Origin: Oscillospiraceae bacterium
GTDB lineage: Bacteria > Bacillota > Clostridia > Oscillospirales > UBA929
Reading direction: 5' to 3'
Length of the DNA stretch: 34,187 nt
Assembly (NCBI GenBank): GCA_031271325.1
Contig: JAISVY010000075.1
Location: 1-34,187, forward strand
This document shows positions 25,606 through 34,187 of the stretch, one piece after another. Numbering within the stretch: position 1 is the first letter of the stretch; each line of letters starts with the position of its first letter. Under the pieces are notes generated by a model that saw only the letters and a program-made list of their open reading frames with translations, searched no databases and was not told the origin of the DNA. Made by a program: the position numbers and the translations under genes.

Positions 25606-28026
25606 ATGGGTTATACGCCAAAGCAGCTGGCAGACAAAGTAGAAGGACATTTGAAGAAAAACTTTGGCAGAACGTTGAAAACGGCCTCCAAAGAGCTGGT
25701 ATTCCGCTCTTTCGCACTGGCGCTGCTGGGATTGATGGAAGACAGCACCGTGCCTTCCACGGTTAAGCAGCAAAAAAAAGAGGTGCATTACCTGTCCCTG
25801 GAGTTCTTGCTGGGGCGCAGCCTGATGAAGAACGCCTTTAATTTGGGCTGCCTCGACGCGCTCAAAGAAGCGGCGGAACGCTTGGACATCAACCTAAGCG
25901 ACCTGACCGAGCAGGAACCCGACCCGAGCCTCGGCAACGGAGGCTTGGGACGGCTTGCCGCCTGCTACCTCGAGGCGATGACTTCGCTCGGGATTTGCGC
26001 CACCGGGTACTCCGTGTTTTATGAATACGGGATGTTCTTGCAGGGTATTCTGAACGGTGAGCAGGCGGAGATGTCCGACCCGTGGTTTGAAAAAGGGGGC
26101 GTTTGGTGGACGAAACGCCCCGACGACGAATACGTCGTGTCGTTCGAGGGACGTGTCGTGCAGACAGAAGAGAACGGGCGCTTATGCTTCAAAACGGAAG
26201 AGGATACCAAAGTGCTCGCGATTCCGGTCGATATGACGATCACCGGTTACGGCAAAAGCGAGACCAACCGGCTCCGCGTGTGGCAGGCGGAAACCCCCCC
26301 GAAGAAGATCGACATCCGCCGGTATACCGAAGACGCCTGGGACACGCGCCTGACGGAAGCCGACCTGGTCGCAGAAGACATCAATAAGGTGCTTTATCCG
26401 AACGACAAGAATCTGTCGGGGAAGATGCTGCGCCTGCGGCAGCAGTATTTTCTCGTTTCCGCGACCGCGCAGAACATTGTGAAGCGGTATAAACGCAAAT
26501 ACAAAAAGCTGCAGGATTTCCATAAGTGGAACGTAATCCAGATCAACGACACGCACCCAACCCTCGTAATCCCCGAACTGATGCGCATCTTCATGGACGA
26601 AGAGGGTATGGAATGGGACGAAGCGTGGAGCATCGTCACCAAGTCGGTCGCCTATACCAACCACACTGTGATGGCGGAAGCGTTGGAGTGCTGGCCGCAG
26701 CATCTGATCGAGCGTCTGATGCCGCGCATCTGGATGATTCTGTGCGAGATCAACCGCCGGTATCTGTCCCTTCTGTGGGTGGCGCTGGGCGACGAGGAAC
26801 GCGTGTCGGGCGCGGCGATTATATGGAACGGGCAGGTGCGGATGGCGAACCTTTGCGTACACGCCTGTTTTGCCGTCAACGGCGTGAGCGCCCTGCATTC
26901 CCGCATCCTGCGCGAGGAGCTGTTCAGAAGCCAGGTGACGCTGTACTCGAGCAAGTTCCGCAACGTCACCAACGGGATCGACCACCGCCGGTGGCTCGCG
27001 CAGATCAATCCCCGCCTCCACAGCCTCGTCTGCGACCTGTGCGGTTCCGACCGCTATCTGCAAAAACCCGAAGAGCTGGAGAAACTGACGGCGTATACGG
27101 AAAACCGTTCGGCGCTGGAACGTCTCGCCGAAGTCAAGCGTCAGAACAAGCGCGACTTTGCGCGTTACCTCGAGCGCACCGGCGGGATTTCCGTCGATCC
27201 CGAGAGCATCTTCGACGTGCAGGTTAAGCGCCTGCACGAGTATAAACGCCAGCTGATGAACGTTCTGCACGTTCTCTACCTCTACAACAAACTCAAAGAC
27301 GACCCGGGCGCGGATATAGCGCCCCACACCTTCTTCTTCGGCGCGAAGGCCGCGCCGAGCTACAAAATGGCGAAGCGCATCATCGAGCTGATTCACAGCC
27401 TGATCGGTCACATCGAGGCAGACCCGGCGATGAAAGGCCGTCTGTCGGCGGTGTTCCTGCAAAACTACCGTGTGTCGCTCGCGGAGCAGGTCATGCCGGC
27501 CAGCGAAATCAGCGAGCAAATCTCCACCGCCGGCAAAGAGGCGTCGGGCACCGGCAACATGAAGTTTATGCTGAACGGCGCGCTGACGGTCGGTACGCTG
27601 GACGGCGCGAATGTGGAGATCGCGGAGCTGGTGGGGCGCGAGAACATCTTCCTGTTCGGGCTGGACGCGCCGGAGGTGAAGCGCCTTCAGAACGAAGGCT
27701 ATTCCCCCCTCTCCTATATTTCGCGCAACGCCGCGCTGCGGCGGGTGCTGGACCAAATCACCGACGGCTTATACGACGGAAAGTCCTACGCCGACATCGC
27801 GAACAGCTTGCAAATCGGCGCGTTTGAGAGCGCCGACCGCTACCTGCTGATGGCCGATTTCGAGAGCTACTGCGCCGTTCACCGGGAAGCGGACGCCGCC
27901 TACCGCGACGCGGAGGGATGGAACCGGCGCTCACTGATCAATATCGCGAAGGCCGGCTTCTTCTCCGCCGACCGCGCGGTCGCCGACTACGCGCGCAACA
28001 TCTGGAACGTTCAGGGGAAGCGGTAA
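25606..28026 (+). CDS. glgP: Glycogen/maltodextrin phosphorylase
   Basis: 806 aa. Contains the PLP-lysine region EASGTGNMKFMLNGALTVGTLDGANVEI and GNGGLGRLAACYLE. Confidence 0.93.
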   Translation: MGYTPKQLADKVEGHLKKNFGRTLKTASKELVFRSFALALLGLMEDSTVPSTVKQQKKEVHYLSLEFLLGRSLMKNAFNLGCLDALKEAAERLDINLSDLTEQEPDPSLGNGGLGRLAACYLEAMTSLGICATGYSVFYEYGMFLQGILNGEQAEMSDPWFEKGGVWWTKRPDDEYVVSFEGRVVQTEENGRLCFKTEEDTKVLAIPVDMTITGYGKSETNRLRVWQAETPPKKIDIRRYTEDAWDTRLTEADLVAEDINKVLYPNDKNLSGKMLRLRQQYFLVSATAQNIVKRYKRKYKKLQDFHKWNVIQINDTHPTLVIPELMRIFMDEEGMEWDEAWSIVTKSVAYTNHTVMAEALECWPQHLIERLMPRIWMILCEINRRYLSLLWVALGDEERVSGAAIIWNGQVRMANLCVHACFAVNGVSALHSRILREELFRSQVTLYSSKFRNVTNGIDHRRWLAQINPRLHSLVCDLCGSDRYLQKPEELEKLTAYTENRSALERLAEVKRQNKRDFARYLERTGGISVDPESIFDVQVKRLHEYKRQLMNVLHVLYLYNKLKDDPGADIAPHTFFFGAKAAPSYKMAKRIIELIHSLIGHIEADPAMKGRLSAVFLQNYRVSLAEQVMPASEISEQISTAGKEASGTGNMKFMLNGALTVGTLDGANVEIAELVGRENIFLFGLDAPEVKRLQNEGYSPLSYISRNAALRRVLDQITDGLYDGKSYADIANSLQIGAFESADRYLLMADFESYCAVHREADAAYRDAEGWNRRSLINIAKAGFFSADRAVADYARNIWNVQGKR

Positions 28027-28065
28027 TCAGCGTCCCCCAATATACAGAGAGCAGGGTTTTGGAAT

Positions 28066-29592
28066 ATGGGCAAATACTATGTCACCACCGCGATTCCCTA
28101 CGCTTCAAAGAAACCGCATATCGGCAACACGCACGACGCGCTGCTGACCGACGCCGTGGCGCGTTACCGGAAACTGCGCGGCGACGACGTGTATTTTCTG
28201 ACCGGCGCGGACGAACACGGAATCAAGGTTCAGCGCGAAGCGGAAAAAGCCGGGGTTACGCCGCAGCAGTACGTCGACGGGGTGACCGCCGAGATGCGCT
28301 CAATTTGGGATTTGTGCATGGTGGGGTATGACGACTTCATCCGCACCACCGAAGAGCGTCATAAAAGCATCGTAAAAAAAATGTTCAAAAAGCTCTATGA
28401 TCAGGGAGACATCTACAAGGGCGCGTATGAGGGCTGGTACTGCGTACCCGACGAGGCGTTCTACACCGATTCGCAGGTGGTCAAAACCGAGACGGGAAAC
28501 GTATGCCCCGACTGCGGCCGCCCGGTGGAGCGGCTGAAAGAGGAAACCTATTTCTTCCGCCTGTCGGCTTACGCGGACAGGCTCGCGGCGCATATCGAGG
28601 CACACCCGGAGTTTATCCAGCCGGAGAGCCGCCGGAACGAAATCGTCAACGGCTACATCAAGCCGGGGCTGCAGGATTTCTCCGTGTCACGCACGACGTT
28701 TACGTGGGGGATCCCGGTGGAGTTTGATCCGGAGCACGTGATGTATGTCTGGGTGGACGCGCTCTCCAACTACATCACGGCGCTGGGTTACGACCCGGAC
28801 GGGAACCACGGCGGGCTGTTCCAAAAATATTGGCCCTGCGACGTACACTTCATCGGCAAGGACGTGCTGCGCTTCCACACGCTGTATTGGCCGGGGATGC
28901 TGATGGCGCTGGGGGTGCCGCTGCCGCGTTCGGTTTACGCGCATCCTTGGTGGATGATGGGCGGCGGACGCCTGAGCAAGACGTCCGGCAATGTGCTCTA
29001 CGCCAGCGATTTGGTGGAAAAATACGGCATCGACTGCGTACGCTACTACTGCCTGCGCGAGATGCCGGTATCCCGCGACGGCAACATCACCCCTGAGCTG
29101 CTGGTGTCCCGCTGCAACACCGACTTAGCCAACGACCTCGGCAACCTCGCCTCCCGCAGCATCACGATGGCGGAGAAGTATTTTCAAGGGGAGGTTTTTC
29201 CGGCGGAAAAACCGGAGAACGAAGTATTGACGCTCTGTGAGAATTCCAAAGAGCGTTACGCGGTCGCGATGGACACGCTCTCGCTGCAGCAGGCGCTGAC
29301 CGAGGCGATGGGTCCGGTGGCGCGGGCGAACCGCTTCATCGACGAAACCGCGCCGTGGATTTTAGCCAAAGAGCCTGAAAAGGCGGAGGCGCTGAAACAT
29401 GTCCTGTACACCCTGCTGGAAACGCTGCGGTGCGCTTCGGTGACGCTGTATCCCGTGATGCCCCGCGCGATGGGCAAACTGCGCCTTCAGCTGGGACTTC
29501 CCGGCGTTCCGGTGTGGGAAGAAGCGCCGCCGCAAGGGTTTTCGGTGCGGCGGGGTGATAATTTATTCCCGAGAATTACCGAAGAGTTATGA
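28066..29592 (+). CDS. metG: Methionine--tRNA ligase (short form without a C-terminal tRNA-binding domain)
   Basis: YYVTTAIPYASKKPHIGNTHDALLTDAVARYRKLRGDDVYFLTGADEHG contains the HIGH-type motif. RLSKTSGN is the KMSKS-type loop. The zinc knuckle CPDCGRP is present. Confidence 0.9.
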   Translation: MGKYYVTTAIPYASKKPHIGNTHDALLTDAVARYRKLRGDDVYFLTGADEHGIKVQREAEKAGVTPQQYVDGVTAEMRSIWDLCMVGYDDFIRTTEERHKSIVKKMFKKLYDQGDIYKGAYEGWYCVPDEAFYTDSQVVKTETGNVCPDCGRPVERLKEETYFFRLSAYADRLAAHIEAHPEFIQPESRRNEIVNGYIKPGLQDFSVSRTTFTWGIPVEFDPEHVMYVWVDALSNYITALGYDPDGNHGGLFQKYWPCDVHFIGKDVLRFHTLYWPGMLMALGVPLPRSVYAHPWWMMGGGRLSKTSGNVLYASDLVEKYGIDCVRYYCLREMPVSRDGNITPELLVSRCNTDLANDLGNLASRSITMAEKYFQGEVFPAEKPENEVLTLCENSKERYAVAMDTLSLQQALTEAMGPVARANRFIDETAPWILAKEPEKAEALKHVLYTLLETLRCASVTLYPVMPRAMGKLRLQLGLPGVPVWEEAPPQGFSVRRGDNLFPRITEEL

Positions 29593-31487
29593 TTTACGCT
29601 TCAAGAAGCGCGCTTCACAAAACCCCGTTCGGCGCGGTTCGCGCCGGGGAAGCCGTTACCTTTACCCTGACGCCGCTCCGCGCTTTGGCTTGGAGCGGGG
29701 TAACTTTGTGCGTCAGCGACGAATTCGGGGGGAAATATACCGAATATCCGCTCCGCTGGCGCGGATTGCGCCGGGACTGCGACCTCTATGAGGTGACGCT
29801 GGATACGGCGGAACTGCTGGGCCCCGTGTGGTACTGGTTTCGCTTTGCCCTTGCGGGCGGCGGGAGCGGCATATACGACAACCCCGGAACCAAAGACGAC
29901 GGCGAGGGCGAGGTCTCTTCGGGCGGGGAGGCGCGGGCATGGCAGCAGACGGTGACGCTGGCCGGCGCGGAGGAGCCGCCCGATTGGTTTGGGCGGGGCG
30001 TGACCTACCACATCTTCCCCGACCGGTTTCGCAAGGGAGGCGCCAATACGCCGCCGCTCGCGTCGATGCCCGGCGAACGGGTGCTGCACAAAAACTGGGG
30101 CGACTGCCCGGATTTTCTGCCCGACGCCAACGGCGAGGTGCGCAACCGCGACTTTTACGGCGGCAATATCGCCGGGGTTTTGGAAAAGCTGCCGTATCTG
30201 CGCTCGCTCGGCGTGAACACGGTCTATTTCAGCCCGGTGTTTGAAGCGGCTTCCAACCACCGCTACGACACCGCGTGTTATACAAGAATTGACCCGCTGT
30301 TCGGCACGGAAGAAGAGTTTTCGCTGTTATGCGCCAAAGCCCGCGAGCTTGGCATACGGATCATTCTGGACGGCGTATTCAACCATACCGGTTATAACAG
30401 CGAGTATTTTAACGGCGCGGGATTCTACGGAACCGTAGGGGCAAAGCAGTCTAAAGCGTCGCCGTATTACCGTTGGTATAACTTTTCGCATTGGCCGGAC
30501 GAATACGAAGCCTGGTGGGGCGTGTACACGCTGCCGCAGGTCAACGAAGCGGACCCGGAATACATAGACTTTATCGTACGGGGCAAGGATTCGGTGGTGC
30601 GGCGCTGGCTGCGCGCGGGCGCGGGCGGCTGGCGGCTGGACGTGGCCGATGAACTGCCCGATTCGTTTATCGCCGCCCTTCGGGACGCGTCGCGGGAGGA
30701 AAAGCCCGACGCGGTGATTATCGGCGAGGTGTGGGAAGACGCGTCCAACAAGGTCGCCTACGGGGTACGGCGGCAGTATCTGCTGGGGCGCGAACTGGAC
30801 GGCGTGATGAATTATCCGCTGCGCAACTGCCTGATCGGCTATATACTGGGCGGCGACGCGGCGCACTTCAAACGGGATATGGAGACGCTGCGGGAGCATT
30901 ACCCGCGCGGCGCTTACCAGAGTTTGATGAACGCCCTGGGCACCCATGACACCCCGCGTATCCTGACCGTACTGGGCGCAACACCCGAGGAATGGTCGCA
31001 AACGAAGGAGGAGCGCGCGGAAACCTTCCTGCCGCCGGAACGGCGCGAACTGGCGATCCGCCGCCTCATGGTGGCGTCGGCGCTGCTGTATACCTTTCCG
31101 GGGTCGCCCTGCGTGCTGTACGGCGACGAGGCGGGGTTGGAGGGGTTTGAAGATCCGTTTAACCGGCGCGGGTATCCGTGGGGCAGCGAAGAAAAGCGCT
31201 TGCTGCGCTGGTACGCGGCGCTCGGCGCTTTGCGCGGCGCGTCCGAAGCGCTGCAGGCGGGAGAAATTCAGTATATAACCGCCGATCGCGGCATATTGGC
31301 TTATGAGCGCATTTATAAAAACGAAAGGGTTTTGATCTGCGCGAACCGCGGTGACAATCCCGGCGAGGCGGCGGTGCGCGAAAGCGGGCGTGTGGTTCTG
31401 GATAAACTGAGCGGTCAGGTGTTCCGCTCAAAGAGCGGAACACTGACGGTTCCGCTGGAGCCGCTCAGTGTGAGGATTCTTATGTAG
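29589..31487 (+). CDS. GH13 alpha-glucosidase/neopullulanase-like glycoside hydrolase
   Basis: N-terminal Ig-like domain followed by GH13 regions: ILDGVFNHTG, GGWRLDVADELP, IIGEVWEDA, LGTHDTPR. The ATG overlaps the metG stop (ATGA). Confidence 0.85.
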   Translation: MIYASRSALHKTPFGAVRAGEAVTFTLTPLRALAWSGVTLCVSDEFGGKYTEYPLRWRGLRRDCDLYEVTLDTAELLGPVWYWFRFALAGGGSGIYDNPGTKDDGEGEVSSGGEARAWQQTVTLAGAEEPPDWFGRGVTYHIFPDRFRKGGANTPPLASMPGERVLHKNWGDCPDFLPDANGEVRNRDFYGGNIAGVLEKLPYLRSLGVNTVYFSPVFEAASNHRYDTACYTRIDPLFGTEEEFSLLCAKARELGIRIILDGVFNHTGYNSEYFNGAGFYGTVGAKQSKASPYYRWYNFSHWPDEYEAWWGVYTLPQVNEADPEYIDFIVRGKDSVVRRWLRAGAGGWRLDVADELPDSFIAALRDASREEKPDAVIIGEVWEDASNKVAYGVRRQYLLGRELDGVMNYPLRNCLIGYILGGDAAHFKRDMETLREHYPRGAYQSLMNALGTHDTPRILTVLGATPEEWSQTKEERAETFLPPERRELAIRRLMVASALLYTFPGSPCVLYGDEAGLEGFEDPFNRRGYPWGSEEKRLLRWYAALGALRGASEALQAGEIQYITADRGILAYERIYKNERVLICANRGDNPGEAAVRESGRVVLDKLSGQVFRSKSGTLTVPLEPLSVRILM

Positions 31488-31501
31488 AGGTGTTTTCCCG
31501 C

Positions 31502-31921
31502 ATGAAGATTGTAATCCGTGAGGATATCCTTACGCCCGATACGTTCGCGGGTCTGCGCGCCGCCTGCGGGATGCCGGAACTGGAACCCGCGCTGGTCGAA
31601 CGCGCCATCCGCACGTCGCTCACGGCCTTTTCGGCGCTCAGCGGCACGCGGACGGTGGGGATGGCACGGCTGGTGGGCGACGGCGCGTTTGTATTTTTGC
31701 TGTGTGACCTGCTGGTGGTGCCGCAGTGGCGGCGGCAGGGCATCGGCAGCCTGCTGGTGAAGACCGTCGTCAACCGCGCGAAGTCATTTCTGCCGCAGGG
31801 GCGGGCTGCCGTGGTCTCGCTGTTTTCCGCCGAGGGGCGCGAGGGGTTTTATACGCGGCTGGGTTTCACCGAGCTTCCCGCGGCCGGGCTCGGCGCGGGG
31901 ATGCAGATTTTTCGGCTGTAA
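31502..31921 (+). CDS. GNAT family N-acetyltransferase
   Basis: LLVVPQWRRQGIGSLLV contains the acetyl-CoA-binding R/Q-x-x-G-x-G motif. The start is uncertain (ATG 31502 or TTG 31490). Confidence 0.75.
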   Translation: MKIVIREDILTPDTFAGLRAACGMPELEPALVERAIRTSLTAFSALSGTRTVGMARLVGDGAFVFLLCDLLVVPQWRRQGIGSLLVKTVVNRAKSFLPQGRAAVVSLFSAEGREGFYTRLGFTELPAAGLGAGMQIFRL

Positions 31922-31931
31922 AATCCCCCCA

Positions 31932-31960
31932 TTGATTCCCTCCGCGTTTTTGTGTATAAT
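31932..31960 (+). promoter_or_regulatory. Sigma-A-type promoter for asp23-yloV
   Basis: TTGATT (31932-31937), 17-nt spacer, TATAAT (31955-31960). Confidence 0.6.
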
Positions 31961-31990
31961 GTAATATCAGCAAAGAGGAGGTGCTTGCCG

Positions 31991-32344
31991 GTGAAAATTA
32001 AAATGGAGAAGGGGCTTCTCTATATATCCGCCGAGGTTTTTACCGCGATCAGCGGGTATGTGACCACCAAGTGCTTCGGCGTTAAGGGAATGGCTTCGCG
32101 CAGCGTGCAGGACGGCATCGTTCGGCTGCTGAAACGCGAATACCTCTCCAAGGGCGTGAAGGTGGTCTGTCCGCCGGACGGGAATACCGTTGACATCGAT
32201 TTGCATATTGTGGTTGAGCATGGGATCAACATCCCCGAGATTTGCCGCTCTATCATGAATGCGGTGCGCTACAATATTGAAAAGCTGACCGGCGTGACGG
32301 TCAACTCGGTCAATATCTGCATCGACTCGATTGTTATAGGCTAG
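31991..32344 (+). CDS. Asp23/Gls24 family envelope stress protein (YloU-like)
   Basis: LLYISAEVFTAISGYVTTKCFGVKGM...DIDLHIVVEHGINIPEICRSIMNAVRYNIEKLTGVTVNSVNICIDSI. GTG 31991 lies 9 nt after AGGAGG. Confidence 0.85.
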   Translation: MKIKMEKGLLYISAEVFTAISGYVTTKCFGVKGMASRSVQDGIVRLLKREYLSKGVKVVCPPDGNTVDIDLHIVVEHGINIPEICRSIMNAVRYNIEKLTGVTVNSVNICIDSIVIG

Positions 32345-32355
32345 GAGGCATACCG

Positions 32356-33993
32356 TTGGTTCAGCATATCGACGGCAACCAGTTTGCCGGAATGTTTTTA
32401 TCCGCCGCCGCGGCTATAGAAGGGTCACGGCAGCCGATCAATGAATTGAATGTATTCCCCGTGCCGGACGGCGATACGGGGACGAATATGTCCCTGACGA
32501 TGGCCGCCGCCGCCGCGGAACTGCAAAAGAACCCCACCGCGCATATCGGCACGGCGGCGGATATCGCCGCGCAGGGGCTTTTACGCGGGGCTAGGGGGAA
32601 TTCCGGCGTTATCCTCTCGCTTTTGTTCCGCGGATTCGCAAAGAACGTGCGGGAAAGCGCAACCCTTTCGGGCACGGGGCTTGCCGCCGCGCTCCGCGAA
32701 GGCGTTGACGCGGCGTACCGCGCCGTTATGAAGCCCACCGAGGGCACCATCCTCACCGTATCCACCCAAGCCGCGAAGCGGGCGCAAGCCGCCGCCGCCG
32801 AAGACACGGCGTTTGAGTTCGTGCTGAGCGAGGCGCTGATTGCCGCCGAGCTGGCGCTGGAAGAAACGGTGCGCCAAAACCCGGTTTTGGCGAAAGCCGG
32901 CGTGATCGACGCGGGCGGAAAAGGTTACTGCGTGATTCTGGACGGGATGCTCTGCGCTCTGCGGGGCAAGCCGTTTACCGCGGCGACCGCCGGGGAGAGC
33001 GTACGGCGTGAACAGGCCAACTTCGCCGAATATACCGGAGAGGACATCCGCTTCTGTTATTGCACGGAGTTTATCATCCTGCGCGAGAGCGCCCGCGACG
33101 CGATGACGCTGAACGCGTATCTCGGTTCGATCGGCGACAGCCTTGTGCTTGTGGATGACGAACGCATAATCAAAGTGCATGTGCATACAAACAACCCCGG
33201 CGCGGCGCTGGAGGAAGCGCTGGCATACGGTCAGCTCACCGCCGTGAAGATCGAAAACATGCGGGAGCAGCATTCGCAGAAGGTCATTGACGTTTTGCCG
33301 GAAAATGAGACAGGCCGCGTCGTAGCGGAGCCGAAACGCCGCTTCGGATTCGTCACCGTGTGCGCGGGGGAAGGCATTTCGGGGGTTTTCCTCGATTTGG
33401 GCGCGGACGGCGTGATCTCAGGCGGGCAGACGATGAATCCATCCACCGAAGACATCCTGAAGGCGATCGACGCGACGCCGAGCGAGATCGTGTTTGTACT
33501 GCCGAATAATAAAAACATCATCATGGCGGCCGAGCAGTGCGCCCCCCTCTCCGAAAAGGAGGTCATCGTGCTGCCCACCCGCTCCGCGCCGCAGGGGATG
33601 TCTGCGATGCTCGCGTTCGATCCGTCGCTGGACGCGGAGCAGAACCGTGAGGCGATGCTCACGGCGCTGACCGGCGTCACGACCGGAACGGTCACGTACG
33701 CCGCTCGGGAATCGGTTTTCGACGGGCAGACGATCCACGAGGGCGACTACATGGCGCTGCTCAACGACCGCCTGCTGTTTACCCATCGCGAAGCCGGCGC
33801 GGTATATACGCGCCTGGTGGATGAAATCGCCTCCGGTTCCCCCTCGTTTGTCACCGTCTTCTACGGAGAAGCCGTGAGCGGGGAAGACGCGAACGTCATG
33901 CTGGACTTGGTGCGCCGGCACTGCTCCGGTGCGGAAGTCAACCTGATCAACGGCGGCCAGCCGGTGTATTCGTATTTGATTTCGGCGGAGTAA
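32356..33993 (+). CDS. DAK2 domain-containing protein (YloV-like)
   Basis: The DAK2 signature NVFPVPDGDTGTNMSLTM is present. 545 aa. It follows an Asp23 gene, as in the Bacillus yloU-yloV pair. TTG start after AGGAGG. Confidence 0.88.
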   Translation: MVQHIDGNQFAGMFLSAAAAIEGSRQPINELNVFPVPDGDTGTNMSLTMAAAAAELQKNPTAHIGTAADIAAQGLLRGARGNSGVILSLLFRGFAKNVRESATLSGTGLAAALREGVDAAYRAVMKPTEGTILTVSTQAAKRAQAAAAEDTAFEFVLSEALIAAELALEETVRQNPVLAKAGVIDAGGKGYCVILDGMLCALRGKPFTAATAGESVRREQANFAEYTGEDIRFCYCTEFIILRESARDAMTLNAYLGSIGDSLVLVDDERIIKVHVHTNNPGAALEEALAYGQLTAVKIENMREQHSQKVIDVLPENETGRVVAEPKRRFGFVTVCAGEGISGVFLDLGADGVISGGQTMNPSTEDILKAIDATPSEIVFVLPNNKNIIMAAEQCAPLSEKEVIVLPTRSAPQGMSAMLAFDPSLDAEQNREAMLTALTGVTTGTVTYAARESVFDGQTIHEGDYMALLNDRLLFTHREAGAVYTRLVDEIASGSPSFVTVFYGEAVSGEDANVMLDLVRRHCSGAEVNLINGGQPVYSYLISAE

Positions 33994-34006
33994 AGGGGTT
34001 ATTCAA

Positions 34007-34187
34007 AATGGACAAGTCACAAATGGACGAGCTTCTTGAAGTCATGAGGGAGATACTATCCGAACTGCAGGAGATCAACGTCAAGCTGGACGACTACACC
34101 GGCGACGTACATTCCTCGCTCGACGAGATTACCTCCAAGCTCGAAAACATCGAAACGGAAGTAAGCGACATCTCAACGAACGTGTCC
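34007..34187 (+). CDS. Hypothetical protein, N-terminal fragment (coiled-coil-like); continues beyond the window
   Basis: MDKSQMDELLEVMREILSELQEINVKLDDYTGDVHSSLDEITSKLENIETEVSDISTNVS is open to the window edge. AAAGGGG lies upstream. I recognise no family. Confidence 0.45.

Noticed and set aside
31893-31951. Possible terminator after the GNAT gene (GCGGGGA ... TCCCTCCGC followed by TTTTT).
   Set aside because: The stem is interrupted and encloses a loop of about 35 nt. It also overlaps the -35 box of the asp23 promoter. The evidence is too weak to call.
1-34187. Defence island, prophage, integrative element or toxin-antitoxin content.
   Set aside because: No integrase, transposase, recombinase, nuclease/helicase/ATPase defence-type genes or tRNA attachment sites were found. 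Every large ORF except 14167-15483 has a clear metabolic, transport, regulatory or sporulation assignment.

Overview
GC-rich chromosomal segment, most likely from a spore-forming Clostridia-type Firmicute. That inference rests on the Csp/SleC germination genes, the Bacillus-like glgBCDAP gene order and AGGAGG-type ribosome-binding sites. I support 25 protein-coding genes plus one probable gene remnant. Left to right they are: an NfnA-like oxidoreductase subunit (partial); a PHP phosphoesterase with a heterodimeric ABC exporter; an MBL-fold hydrolase; a SleC-like spore cortex-lytic enzyme; ilvBN; two tandem Csp-like subtilases; an uncharacterised membrane protein; GTP-dependent PEP carboxykinase; an XRE regulator; a long pduL-glgB-glgC-glgD-glgA-glgP-metG-GH13-GNAT gene string; asp23-yloV; and a partial coiled-coil ORF. 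I see no rRNA, tRNA, CRISPR array, transposase, integrase or recognisable defence genes. The window is mostly housekeeping and sporulation content, and I find no convincing new multi-gene protein system. The signal least explained by the genes is a dispersed ~110-nt element present in four copies. Its stems carry compensatory substitutions, and both full-length copies sit as 5' leaders just downstream of sigma-A-like promoters. Secondary signals are a 73-74 bp GC-hairpin tandem repeat between glgB and glgC, a second ~55-nt two-copy intergenic repeat, a SleC homolog with five tandem peptidoglycan-binding modules, pduL heading the glycogen genes, and metG start/stop-overlapped with a GH13 gene. 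All calls come from reading the sequence and from memory of protein families; no searches were run.
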